Origin: Actinomycetota bacterium
Lineage (GTDB): Bacteria > Actinomycetota > Thermoleophilia > Gaiellales > Gaiellaceae
Assembly: GCA_013816245.1 (NCBI GenBank)
Contig: JACDEU010000001.1
Location: 106,744 to 170,743 of the forward strand
Direction: 5' to 3'
DNA length: 64,000 nucleotides
Shown here: positions 1 through 9,432 of the stretch, in pieces
Numbering within the stretch: position 1 is the stretch's first letter
Layout of the letters: each line of letters opens with the position of its first letter
Made by a program: the position numbers and the translations under genes
The notes under the pieces: model-generated
The model's database searches: none
What the model was told of the DNA's origin: nothing
Seen by the model: the letters and a program-made list of their open reading frames with translations, nothing else

Positions 1-2938
1 CGAGCGGAACCGGGGCGGGCCGACCTTCAGCTTCATGGACGGTCCGATCACAGCCAACAACCCGATGGCGGCTCATCACTGCTGGGGCCGGACGCTCAAA
101 GACGCGTTCCAGCGGTACAAGGCCCTCCGCGGCTTCGACCAGCGCTACCAGAACGGCTTCGACTGTCAGGGCTTGTGGGTCGAGGTCGGCGTGGAGCGTT
201 CCCTGGGGCTCAACTCGAAGCGTGAGATCGAGGAGTACGGCCTCGCGGAGTTCAACGAGCGCTGCAAGGAGCGTGTTGCCGAATACGCCGAGGTCATCAC
301 CGAGCAGTCGCGCCGGCTCGGGATGTGGATGGACTGGGACAACGACTACTACACCTTCTCCGACACGAACATCGAGTACATCTGGCGCTTTCTCAAGGAG
401 TGCGATGCGCGCGGCTGGCTCTACAAGGGACATCGCTCCGTGGAATGGTGTCCCCGTTGCGGGACCTCGCTCTCGCAGCACGAGCTGATCAACTCCTACG
501 AAGAGCTCACGCATCCCTCGCTCTACGTCCGGTTCCCGCTCAAGGAACGCCCGGGCGAGTCGCTCGTCGTGTGGACGACGACTCCGTGGACGCTGCCCGC
601 GAACGTCGCAGCCGCCGTCAAGCCGGACGCCGAGTATGGGCTCACGGAGGCTGGGGACTGGTGGGCTGTCGAGCGGAACGCCGACGCCGAGTTCGTGCGC
701 CGTGTGCGCGGCGACGAGCTTGTCGGGCTCGAGTACGAGGGCCCGTTCGACTCGCTGCCGGCCCAGCACGGTGTCGTGCACCGCGTGATCCCGTGGGACG
801 ACGTCACCCTGTCGGAAGGCACGGGGATCGTGCACATCGCCCCTGGTTGCGGCGCGGAGGACTTCGAGCTCTCGCGCGTGCATGACCTGCCTGTGCTCAC
901 ACCCATTGACGAGGCGGGGAGGTTCTACGAGGTCTACGGCGAGTTCGAAGGCCGCTCGACGGAGGACGTCGAGAAGCCGGTGGTCGTAGAGCTCGAGCGG
1001 CGCGGGCGCCTCGTCGAGGCCGGCTCGATCATCCATCGCTACCCCGTCTGCTGGCGCTGCGCGACACCGCTCGTGTTCCGGATCGCAGACGACTGGCTCA
1101 TTCGTGCGGACGAGATCCGCCAGCTGATGCTCGACGCCAACGCAACGGTCAAGTGGACGCCCGACTTCTACTCCAAGCGCATGGACGACTGGCTGCGCAA
1201 CATGGACGACTGGAACATCTCTCGGCGTCGTTACTTCGGGCTGCCGCTGCCCTTCTATCCGTGTGGCTCGTGCGGCCAGCTCACGGTGATCGGTTCCGTC
1301 GCCGAACTACACGAGCGAGCGACTGGCGGCCTCGACCAGTTGAAGGAGCTTCACCGGCCCTGGATCGACGAGGTGCCAATCGCCTGTGATTGCGGCGCAG
1401 AAGTGCGGCGCATCCAGGAGGTGGGCGACGCCTGGCTGGACGCCGGCATCGTCCCGTTTTCGACGCTCGGGTGGCAGAACCCGGAGTGGAAGGAGCACGG
1501 GTACGCGACGGGCGCTGCCGCAGGGCTCACGGGTGCCGACCTTCCCGATCACGCCTACTGGGAGAAGTGGTTCCCGGCCGACTGGGTCTCCGAGATGCGC
1601 GAGCAGATCCGTCTCTGGTTCTACTCGCAATCGTTCATGTCGGTGACCCTCACCGGGCGTTCGCCGTACAGATCGGTGCTCACCTACGAGAAGCTGCTCG
1701 ACGAGCACGGCCGAGAGATGCACCGGTCGTGGGGCAACTCGATCGACGCGGCCGAGGCCCTTGAGAACATCGGTGCGGACGTCATGCGGTTCATGTTCTG
1801 CGACCAGGTCCCCAGTCAGAACCTGAAGTTCGGTTACGGGCCGGCCGGCGAGATCAAGCGGCGGCTGCTCACGCTCTGGAACTCGGTCAAGTTCTTCGTC
1901 GACTACGCGAACATCCAAGGCTTCCGGCCCGGGGGTGAGGCCCCGTCTGAGCTCCAGCCGTTGGATCATTGGTTGCTCGAGCGAACAGATCAGCTAGTCG
2001 CCGAGATGACGGAGGCATACGAGCGTTACTGGACGCCCGCGTTGATCCGGTCGTTCGAGTCCTTCGTCGACGATCTCTCGAACTGGTACATCCGGCGCTC
2101 GCGCCGGCGCTTCTGGGACGGGGACGAGGTTGCGCTCTGGACGCTGTGGCATGCGCTCGTCCGGTCGGTGCAGACGATCGCGCCCGTCATGCCGTTCCTG
2201 GCCGAGTCACTTTGGCGCAAGCTGCGCGCCGACGACGTGGCCGAGTCGGTCTTTCTGGAGCCCTGGCCTGAGGCTCGGCAAGCGGATGATCGTCTGCTCG
2301 CGGAAGTCGCGGAGGTGCGGCGCGTCGTCGAGCTCGGCCGTCAGGCTCGCGGCGACGCAGGACTGAAGTTGCGGCAGCCACTCCGTCGGCTGGTCGTGCA
2401 AGGTGCGGGCCTGGCACAGGGCCACGCCGGCGAGATCGCGGAGGAGCTCCGCGTCAAGGAAGTCGAGTTCGGCCCGGTCGAGGCGACCGAGCTCCGCGTG
2501 AAGCCGAATCTCCCTGTGCTCGGGCCGAAGCTCGGCAAGGAGCTGGGCGCCGTTCGCGCCTCGCTGCAGGCGGGTGACTTCGAGCAGCTCGAAGGCGGCG
2601 GAGTGCGCGTGAACGGTCGCGACTTCACTCCCGACGAGGTGCTGGTCGAGCGCGGCGCGCGCGAAGGCTGGGCACTCGCCGAAGACGACTCGCTCACCGT
2701 CGCGGTGACGACGGGGCTCGACGACGAGCTGCGCCTCGAAGGGCGGGTCCTCGATCTCATCCACCAGCTGAACACGATGCGGAAGGAGGCGGGCCTTGCG
2801 CTGACGGACCGCATTCGCGTGACGCTTCCCAAGGGCGACGCCGACCTCCTGCAGCACGAGGCGTGGATCAAGGAAGAGGTGCTGGCCACCGAGATCGGCG
2901 CGAACGGCGACGCGGAACCGCAGATCACGAAGGCCTAG
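1..2938 (+). CDS. ileS: Isoleucine--tRNA ligase (5' end upstream of window)
   Basis: 967-aa ORF in the track. The frame stays open back to nt 2, so the N-terminus is cut by the window edge. Class I aaRS HIGH-region variant (ANNPMAAHHCWGR), KMSKS-region variant (EMHRSWGNS) and Zn-knuckle CWRC/CDCG motifs. Confidence 0.93.
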   Translation, partial: ERNRGGPTFSFMDGPITANNPMAAHHCWGRTLKDAFQRYKALRGFDQRYQNGFDCQGLWVEVGVERSLGLNSKREIEEYGLAEFNERCKERVAEYAEVITEQSRRLGMWMDWDNDYYTFSDTNIEYIWRFLKECDARGWLYKGHRSVEWCPRCGTSLSQHELINSYEELTHPSLYVRFPLKERPGESLVVWTTTPWTLPANVAAAVKPDAEYGLTEAGDWWAVERNADAEFVRRVRGDELVGLEYEGPFDSLPAQHGVVHRVIPWDDVTLSEGTGIVHIAPGCGAEDFELSRVHDLPVLTPIDEAGRFYEVYGEFEGRSTEDVEKPVVVELERRGRLVEAGSIIHRYPVCWRCATPLVFRIADDWLIRADEIRQLMLDANATVKWTPDFYSKRMDDWLRNMDDWNISRRRYFGLPLPFYPCGSCGQLTVIGSVAELHERATGGLDQLKELHRPWIDEVPIACDCGAEVRRIQEVGDAWLDAGIVPFSTLGWQNPEWKEHGYATGAAAGLTGADLPDHAYWEKWFPADWVSEMREQIRLWFYSQSFMSVTLTGRSPYRSVLTYEKLLDEHGREMHRSWGNSIDAAEALENIGADVMRFMFCDQVPSQNLKFGYGPAGEIKRRLLTLWNSVKFFVDYANIQGFRPGGEAPSELQPLDHWLLERTDQLVAEMTEAYERYWTPALIRSFESFVDDLSNWYIRRSRRRFWDGDEVALWTLWHALVRSVQTIAPVMPFLAESLWRKLRADDVAESVFLEPWPEARQADDRLLAEVAEVRRVVELGRQARGDAGLKLRQPLRRLVVQGAGLAQGHAGEIAEELRVKEVEFGPVEATELRVKPNLPVLGPKLGKELGAVRASLQAGDFEQLEGGGVRVNGRDFTPDEVLVERGAREGWALAEDDSLTVAVTTGLDDELRLEGRVLDLIHQLNTMRKEAGLALTDRIRVTLPKGDADLLQHEAWIKEEVLATEIGANGDAEPQITKA

Positions 2939-4032
2939 GCAAAGGCGGCGCACAGCCGCTCGAGCCCACGATCCAGGATGTCGTCGCGCACCGCGAGTGA
3001 GAGCCGCGCCCAACCGGCGCCGCGCGCACCGAACCCCTCTCCCGGCGCGACGGCGACGCGGTGCCGCACCAGCAGGTCCTCGACGGTGATGCCGTCCGGC
3101 AGTCGCAACCAGACGAAGAACGTTCCCTCCGACTGCGCCTCGATTCCTTCGAGCGCGACCAGCGCGCGGTCACGTCGGCGCTCGTAGGTTGCGCGCCTTT
3201 CCTCAACGGAGTTCTGCGGCCCCGTGAGCGCTGCGATTCCGGCTTCCTGCACGGGCCGGAAGATTCCGGCAAAGGCATGGTCCTGTAGCAGCTCGATACG
3301 ACGCACGAGCTCGGCGTTGCCGAGGGCGAACCCCAGTCGCCAACCCGCCATCCCGTAGGTCTTCGACATGCTGAACAGCTCGATGCCGACGCGTCGTGCG
3401 TGCTCGACAGCGAGAAAGCTCTGCGGGCGCCGCCCGTCGAAGACGAGGTCCCCGTACGCGAAGTCGTGCAGGATCCACGCACCCGTCTGGTCCGCCCATT
3501 CGATTGCCTCCTCGAACAACCCGTCCGTCACGGCGGCTGCAGTGGGGTTCGACGGGAAGTTGAGGTACATCGCGTCGGCCGTGACGTCGAAGCCGGAGAA
3601 CGCCACCTGCTTCGCGCCGGCGAGCGCGACCGCCGAGAAGTAGTCCGGATAGCCGGGGTCCGGCAGGACGATCGTGCCGCCGCCCTCGACGGCGCAGAGC
3701 GCGAACTCCATCAGCCCGGTCTTCGTGCCGGGTACCACGGCGACTTCGCGCGCCGAGTCGATGTGCACGCCGTAGAGCTCGCCGTAGCGCGTCGCGATCG
3801 CCTCTTTCAGCGCAGGGAGTCCCGAGAACGGTGCATAGCCGTGCACGTCGTGGCGCCCGGCGCACTCGGTCAGGGTCTGAACGACGTGTTCAGGCGGGCC
3901 GAGCTCGGGATTCCCACGGCCGAGATCGACCAGTGGCTCGCCTCCCCGCGCGGCCGCAGCGGCCACCCGGGCCAGCAAGGCGGTGAAATATTGCTCCGGT
4001 AACCGTCGGATCCGCTCCGGGACCTCGCGCAT
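2935..4032 (-). CDS. PLP-dependent aminotransferase, class I/II
   Basis: 365-aa ORF with ATG at 4032. Has the PLP-lysine motif SMSKTYGMAGWRLGF and an N-terminal LGRGNP. Its stop overlaps the ileS stop by 4 nt. Confidence 0.85.
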   Translation of the reverse strand: MREVPERIRRLPEQYFTALLARVAAAAARGGEPLVDLGRGNPELGPPEHVVQTLTECAGRHDVHGYAPFSGLPALKEAIATRYGELYGVHIDSAREVAVVPGTKTGLMEFALCAVEGGGTIVLPDPGYPDYFSAVALAGAKQVAFSGFDVTADAMYLNFPSNPTAAAVTDGLFEEAIEWADQTGAWILHDFAYGDLVFDGRRPQSFLAVEHARRVGIELFSMSKTYGMAGWRLGFALGNAELVRRIELLQDHAFAGIFRPVQEAGIAALTGPQNSVEERRATYERRRDRALVALEGIEAQSEGTFFVWLRLPDGITVEDLLVRHRVAVAPGEGFGARGAGWARLSLAVRDDILDRGLERLCAAFA

Positions 4033-4165
4033 CGGCCGATGCTAGGCCGCTTGGGAAGGAAATGCGTTAGGTAGCGGGACCCAGAGCCGGTGTTTAGACG
4101 GCCGAGTGGGCGAAGCCCACACGGCTTCTCTGCGGCGCCGGCCGAGTCGGCACCTATGTAACTGT

Positions 4166-4517
4166 ATGAAGGTGGCGCGCTGCGTGCGCTGTGCAGGTGA
4201 GATCGAGGAGCGTTTTCGCTTCTGCCCCTGGTGTGCGTCACGACAGCGCAGCAAGGATCGTCGAGTTCTTCGCGCCGCATCCGCGTGACGCCGGCAAAGC
4301 GCTTCGTGTGTCGCGTTATCTCACGCGAGACCCGCACGTCCGTTTCAGCGTCTGGGACGAGACCGGGGTTGCCGAGGGCGCAGTGTCGCTCGATCAGGCC
4401 GAGGTCGCGCGACTCGCGCGCTTCCTGCAACCGGTCAAGCGGCAGATATCTCTGCGCGACGCAGCTCGACGGGTAGCCGAAAGACGACGTCCTCGTAGGC
4501 CGACGAGAACGGGGTGA
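4166..4517 (+). pseudogene. Zinc-ribbon protein gene interrupted by a frameshift near 4255
   Basis: ATG 4166 opens MKVARCVRCAGEIEERFRFCPWCASRQRSK (CxxC..CxxC) and hits TGA at 4286-4288. The +1 frame from about 4257 continues with protein-like IVEFFAPHPRDAGKALRVSRYL...DQAEVARLARFLQP to 4517. Confidence 0.45.
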
Positions 4518-5430
4518 TGTCGCTCACGCCGCGTGCGCGGAACCAGTCGCACACGCGCACCACAAGGCGTTCCGGTGCCGAGGCGCCCGAGGTTAGTCCG
4601 ACCGTCTGAACGTCCTCGAGCCAGCGCTCGTCCATTCCAGTCTCGTCCTCGATCAGGTACGCATCGACGCCCGCGGCTCGCGCGACTTCGACGAGTCGAT
4701 TCGAGTTGGACGAGTTTGTCGAGCCGATCACGAGCAACAGGTCGATCTGCTCCAGCATCTCCTTGACGGCCCACTGGCGGTTCGAGGTGGCGTAACAGAT
4801 GTCCTCGCGTTGCGGAGCGTGGATCTGCGGGAAGCGGCGCTTCAGCACCTGGATGATCTCCGCCGTCTCGTCGACCGACAGGGTGGTCTGGGTGATGTAG
4901 GCGAGAGGCGTGTCGACGGGAAGCTCGAGCGCTTCCGCGTCCTCGACGCTCTCGACCAGCAGGATCGCTTCCGGCGCTTCGCCCATCGTTCCGACCACTT
5001 CTTCATGGCCGGCATGTCCGATCAGCACGATCCGGCGGCCCTCCGCCGCGTACCGACGCGCCTGCACGTGCACCTTGGTCACGAGTGGGCACGTTGCATC
5101 GATGGTCGTCTGGCGCCTCGCAGCTGCCCGATCGAACACGACCGGCGCCACGCCGTGCGCGGAGAGAACGAGGATCGCTCCGACCGGCGCATCGGTCTCG
5201 TCCTCGACGAAGACGGCACCTCTCCGCTCGAGGTCGTCGACGACGTGCGCATTGTGGACGATCTGCTTGCGCACGTACACGGGCGCTCCGTAGAGAGCAA
5301 GCGCGTGTTCCACCGTCTCGACGGCACGCTCTACTCCCGCACAGTAACCCCGCGGTGACGCAACGAAAACGCGCTGAACCAAACCGGCGGTCACGGTAGC
5401 ACCCGTGCCGCTCCGCCCGGTTGACGACAC
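4435..5430 (-). CDS. ispH: 4-hydroxy-3-methylbut-2-enyl diphosphate reductase
   Basis: 331-aa ORF with SPRGYCAGVERAV, ATCPLVTKVH and DICYATSNRQ motifs (IspH/LytB Fe-S cysteines). The start is GTG 5430 or the internal GTG 5394. Confidence 0.92.
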   Translation of the reverse strand: MSSTGRSGTGATVTAGLVQRVFVASPRGYCAGVERAVETVEHALALYGAPVYVRKQIVHNAHVVDDLERRGAVFVEDETDAPVGAILVLSAHGVAPVVFDRAAARRQTTIDATCPLVTKVHVQARRYAAEGRRIVLIGHAGHEEVVGTMGEAPEAILLVESVEDAEALELPVDTPLAYITQTTLSVDETAEIIQVLKRRFPQIHAPQREDICYATSNRQWAVKEMLEQIDLLLVIGSTNSSNSNRLVEVARAAGVDAYLIEDETGMDERWLEDVQTVGLTSGASAPERLVVRVCDWFRARGVSDITPFSSAYEDVVFRLPVELRRAEISAA

Positions 5431-5449
5431 CCGTTACGAACAGGAAGAA

Positions 5450-5481
5450 GCCCGTCGCTCGGGGGGTCGGTGGCGACGGGC
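5450..5481 (-). promoter_or_regulatory. GC-rich hairpin in the ispH 5' leader (possible attenuator)
   Basis: 9-bp stem GCCCGTCGC/GCGACGGGC. In minus-strand sense it has a 14-nt C-rich loop and is followed by CTTCTTCCTGTT, 19 nt before the ispH start. Function is unproven. Confidence 0.2.
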
Positions 5482-5662
5482 CTCCTCCTAGTGCTCACCG
5501 CGACTGCAAGCCAGGAACGCACCGCGGTTCGCATCGCCCAGTGGGATCGAGGCTATCGGGTCGAAACCCGCTTTCCAATAGGCCGAACGGCCCATCTTTG
5601 GAATCCGGAGGAAAGCGGCTCGCGCGGGGGAAATTGCCGCTCAACGGAGTTTCTCGCGCGCC

Positions 5663-5691
5663 TCGACTGGCCTCCGGCCGCTCCCTACAAT
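5663..5691 (+). promoter_or_regulatory. Candidate sigma-70 type promoter for the histidine kinase (near-leaderless)
   Basis: TCGACT, 17-nt spacer, TACAAT (5686-5691). The GTG at 5703 lies 11 nt after the -10 element. Confidence 0.35.
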
Positions 5692-5702
5692 CTGGACGCC
5701 CA

Positions 5703-8700
5703 GTGTCACAAGCCATCCAAGCTCTGTGGTTCGATGCGGTGCCCTCGGGCTACGTGGCCCTGGCCGGGGTCTGGCTCGGCCTCGGGGCCCTCCTCGGGAT
5801 GGCTGCGGCCTTCCTCGTCGCGAAAGCGCGGAGGGGTCGGGCGGTGACGTTCGTGCCAGGCCTCCAGCTCCACCCGAGCCGCTCCGACGACTCGAGCTCG
5901 GTTGCGAGGGACGTCCTGGAACGGGCCGAGGATCTCGACGGAGTCGAACTCGCCTGCCTGGTGGTGATCGACGACGAGCGACGGTCCGGGGAAGGGTTGC
6001 TCGGACGCGTCGGCCGCCGCGAGCTGGATTGGTTTCCCGAGGTTCGGATCGATCTCGAGCGCGAGCCGTCTGGGGTGGCGACCGCCGTGTTCGATGCGGC
6101 ACCCTTCGCCGTCTACGACGCTGCCGCGTCGAAGATCGTCAGCGCCCGCCTGGTGGAAGCAACCGGCGCGAAGAGCATTGCCTTCGTTCCGCTCGTTCTC
6201 GATCAGCGCGTCATCGCCGTGCTCGTCGTGGGAGCGGTGTCGCAGCACCGGACGTTCACGACCGAGGATCTGAGCCGGCTGCAGCAAGTCGCGAACGAAG
6301 GTGCGTTCGCACTCGACCGTGCGCGCTCCACGCTCGGCCTCGCGGAAGCACTGGAGCGAGAGCGTTTCATTGCGCGCATCTCTGCACGCGTTCGCTCAGA
6401 GTTCGCGATCGACGATCTGTTGCGCGTAGCGATCGAGGAAACCGCGCGCGAGCTCGAAGTCGAGCGTTGCTTCATCCGTCTTGGTGCAAGCGGCGAGATT
6501 CCGACGGCGCAGTGGCAGGCCCAGGGCCTGGAGCCGATCCACACCGGCACCCAGCTTGCGGTCTCGAACCTGGCGGTGCGGAACCGTCGTACCGTCGCCG
6601 TTGGAGACGTCGAGACCGCACCGGAGTTGGAAGACCAGTCGTTCGGCGGGCGGGAGACGCTGCTCGCGATCGGAACGCGCGCTGCGCTTGCGGTTCCGAT
6701 CATCGTCTTCGACGAGCTGATCGGCGTTCTGGCTCTCCACCGCACGACGCCCGGTCGGTGGACGGACGAAGAGATCGCGCTCACCGAAGCAGTGGCGCAC
6801 GAAATCGGCCTGGCGGTCCGTGTCGCCCAGCTGCTTCGGGAGAACGAGCTTCGTCTGCTGCAGCAGGCCTCGTTCTTCCGGATCGCGGCCGTTCTCGGCG
6901 AGTCGCTCTCCCTGTCGGACACACTCCACACACTGGCCCAGGCGGCCGACGAGGCGCTCAGAGGAGCGTTCACAGCCGTGCTGATGCCCCGCGGCGCGAC
7001 CATCGAGCTAGCTGCCGGAGCGAATCTGCCGCCGAAGCTCGCCGCAGCACTCGAAGACGGCTTGCCAGAATCCGCGGACTGCCTCCGGGCGGCCGCCGAA
7101 AACGGCCACGTCCTCGCTTCCCCGGACCTGACTCGCGACGACCGCTTCGAACAGCCGTGGCAGGCGCTGGCACACGAGGTGGGGTACCGCGCGCTCCTTG
7201 CAGTCCCGGCTGCGAGCCCACGCGCCGAGCGTTCCGCTCTCGTCGTCGTCTTCTTCGCGGGAGAGCGCGAGTTCACGGACGAAGATCTCGAGCTCGCGCA
7301 TCATCTCGGCGATGCCGCAACCGCGGCGCTCGAACGCAGCGAGCTCTTCGAAGCTGAACGAACGGCGCGGGCGCTCTCGCAGCAGCTCGCGCGCACCGGT
7401 GGAGCACTTGCGACCGAGCTCGATCCGGCTGCCGTCCTCGAGGAGGTCGTGCAGCAGGCGCCGGCGCTGCTCGGTGCAGACGCGTGCGCCGTGAGGACAC
7501 TCGAGGAAGACGAGCTGGTGGTCAGCGCCGCATCGGGAAGAGGCGCGGAGGAGGCGATCGGCACCCGTGCTTCTGCGACGGCAGGGCTCTCGGGCGACGT
7601 CTTCCAGTCCCGATCACCAGTCGCGCTCGACGACTTGGCCGCCGACGCCCGCGTAGCGGGAGCGGACACGATTCTCGTGGCCGGGTATGCGGCGTACCTG
7701 GGTGTGCCGCTCTCAGGCCCTGAGGGAACGCTTGCCGGAGTCCTGTCCGTGTACGCACGGCGCCCACGCGACTGGCGGCCGGAGGAAATCGAAGCCCTGC
7801 TCGCCCTGGCCGGGAACACATCGGCAGCGCTCGCGAACGCGGAGCTCTATTCACGCGTCTCGGTCGAGAAGGAGCGGAGCGTCGCCATCCTGGCGAACAT
7901 CGCCGACGGGATTGTCGCGGTCGACCGCGACGGCCGTGTCGTGCTGTGGAACGCGGCCGCGGAGGAGATCACCGGGGTGCCGCAGGACGAGGCGATCGGG
8001 CACACCACGATGCAGGTGCTGCAGCGCGAGCTCCAATCAGCGGACGACGAAGTGCTCACTTCCGGGCAGCGGCTGGTCTCGGTGCCGCGCGGTGGTGAGG
8101 AGGTGTGGCTCTCGCTGAGTGAGGCGGTCATGCGCGATCCTCTCGGCGCGGTCGCCGGTCGGATCTTCGCGTTCCGCGACATCTCCGCCGACCGGATGGT
8201 CGAGCAGGTGAAGTCGGACTTCGTGGCGGCAGTCTCGCACGAGTTGCGCACGCCGCTCACGTCGATCTACGGGTTCGCCGAGACGCTCCTACGACAGGAC
8301 ATTCCCTTCGGCGATGAAGAGCGGCGGATCTTCCTCGGTTACATCGCTTCGGAGTCGGAGCGGCTCACTGAGATCGTCGACCAGTTGCTCAACGTCGCAC
8401 GACTGGATGCCGGTGACCTGCAGGTCGAGCTCGGCCGCATCGATCTCGGCTCGGTCGTCTCCGAGCTGGTCGAGAGCGTCGAGGAGAGCGGTGTCATGAA
8501 CGGACACCGCTTCGAGGTCGACCTTCCGGAGGAGCCGCTGTCCGCCGAAGCCGATCCCGACAAGGTGCGTCAGGTGTTCAACATCCTCGTCGAGAATGCG
8601 CTGCGGTACTCGCCCGACGGCGGAACCGTCACCGTTGGGGCTCGTCGAAACGCCGACCGGGTCGAGGTGCGCGTCATGGACGAGGGGATCGGAATTCCCG

Positions 8701-8894
8701 CCGCCGAGCGCGACCGGATCTTCCGGAAGTTCTACCGCGCCGAGTCAGCCGCGCGAGACGGCGCGGCGGGCACCGGGCTTGGTCTCTTCATCGCGAAGGA
8801 ATTGGTAATGGCGATGGGCGGGCGTATCTGGGTGGACTCGACCGAAGGGGAAGGGTCGAGCTTCTCCTTCGAGTTGCCGGTGGCACGGGAGTAG
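5703..8894 (+). CDS. Multi-GAF / PAS sensor histidine kinase
   Basis: The track ORF 5421..8894 has a low-complexity, non-protein-like N-terminal 94 codons. GTG 5703 precedes a TM helix (WLGLGALLGMAAAFLVA). Then come 3-4 GAF-like segments, a PAS segment (ILANIADGIVAVDRDGRVVLWN), H-box SHELRTPL, and HATPase boxes ENALRYS, DEGIGI, GTGLGL. Confidence 0.85.
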   Translation: MSQAIQALWFDAVPSGYVALAGVWLGLGALLGMAAAFLVAKARRGRAVTFVPGLQLHPSRSDDSSSVARDVLERAEDLDGVELACLVVIDDERRSGEGLLGRVGRRELDWFPEVRIDLEREPSGVATAVFDAAPFAVYDAAASKIVSARLVEATGAKSIAFVPLVLDQRVIAVLVVGAVSQHRTFTTEDLSRLQQVANEGAFALDRARSTLGLAEALERERFIARISARVRSEFAIDDLLRVAIEETARELEVERCFIRLGASGEIPTAQWQAQGLEPIHTGTQLAVSNLAVRNRRTVAVGDVETAPELEDQSFGGRETLLAIGTRAALAVPIIVFDELIGVLALHRTTPGRWTDEEIALTEAVAHEIGLAVRVAQLLRENELRLLQQASFFRIAAVLGESLSLSDTLHTLAQAADEALRGAFTAVLMPRGATIELAAGANLPPKLAAALEDGLPESADCLRAAAENGHVLASPDLTRDDRFEQPWQALAHEVGYRALLAVPAASPRAERSALVVVFFAGEREFTDEDLELAHHLGDAATAALERSELFEAERTARALSQQLARTGGALATELDPAAVLEEVVQQAPALLGADACAVRTLEEDELVVSAASGRGAEEAIGTRASATAGLSGDVFQSRSPVALDDLAADARVAGADTILVAGYAAYLGVPLSGPEGTLAGVLSVYARRPRDWRPEEIEALLALAGNTSAALANAELYSRVSVEKERSVAILANIADGIVAVDRDGRVVLWNAAAEEITGVPQDEAIGHTTMQVLQRELQSADDEVLTSGQRLVSVPRGGEEVWLSLSEAVMRDPLGAVAGRIFAFRDISADRMVEQVKSDFVAAVSHELRTPLTSIYGFAETLLRQDIPFGDEERRIFLGYIASESERLTEIVDQLLNVARLDAGDLQVELGRIDLGSVVSELVESVEESGVMNGHRFEVDLPEEPLSAEADPDKVRQVFNILVENALRYSPDGGTVTVGARRNADRVEVRVMDEGIGIPAAERDRIFRKFYRAESAARDGAAGTGLGLFIAKELVMAMGGRIWVDSTEGEGSSFSFELPVARE

Positions 8895-8943
8895 AGACAC
8901 GAATGTCTGGGTATAGCGGCGACGACCTCCGAGAGGCTCCCCG

Positions 8944-9381
8944 ATGACCAAAGTGCTCGTAATCGACGACGAGGCTCCGATCCGCCTGCTCTGCCGCGTG
9001 AACCTCGAGGCAGAAGGGATGGATGTGATCGAGGCCGCCGACGGCCCGTCCGGGGTCGCGAAGGCGCGCGACGGGGGACCCGACGTGATCCTGCTCGACG
9101 TGATGATGCCGGGCCTGGACGGGTGGCGGGTCGCCGAGCAGTTGCTGGAGGACGAGCGCACGGTCGGGATCCCGATCATCTTCCTGACGGCGCGCGCCGA
9201 GTTTCGCGATCGCGCACGCGGACTGGACATCGGCGGCGTCGACTATGTCACGAAGCCTTTCAACCCGCTCGAGCTCGCCCCGCTCGTGCAGGCGCTGCTC
9301 GACCGGCTGCACCATGGTGAGCGCGACGAGCTCCGCGCGGAGAAGTTGTCCGAGCTCCGCACGTTGATGGAATCTGAATAG
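8944..9381 (+). CDS. Single-domain response regulator (receiver only)
   Basis: 145-aa ORF with CheY-like VLVIDDE, ILLDVMMPGLDG and KPF motifs and no output domain. It lies 49 nt after the kinase. Confidence 0.9.
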   Translation: MTKVLVIDDEAPIRLLCRVNLEAEGMDVIEAADGPSGVAKARDGGPDVILLDVMMPGLDGWRVAEQLLEDERTVGIPIIFLTARAEFRDRARGLDIGGVDYVTKPFNPLELAPLVQALLDRLHHGERDELRAEKLSELRTLMESE

Positions 9382-9432
9382 CGCTAGGAGGCCTTCTCCC
9401 CAGACCCTGCGCTTCTTGTTCTCCCGACGCTT

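Noticed and set aside
5607-5615. GGAGGAAAG, reminiscent of the conserved RNase P RNA P4 region (GAGGAAAGUCC).
   Set aside because: The match stops after AAAG. The spacer is only 272 nt, and none of the other universally conserved RNase P segments are present.
5421-5702. N-terminal 94 codons of the 1157-aa kinase ORF in the track.
   Set aside because: The translation (RKKPVARGVGGDGPPPSAHRDCKPG...) is not protein-like. The region holds a promoter-like TCGACT-17-TACAAT and hairpins. GTG 5703 directly precedes the TM helix.
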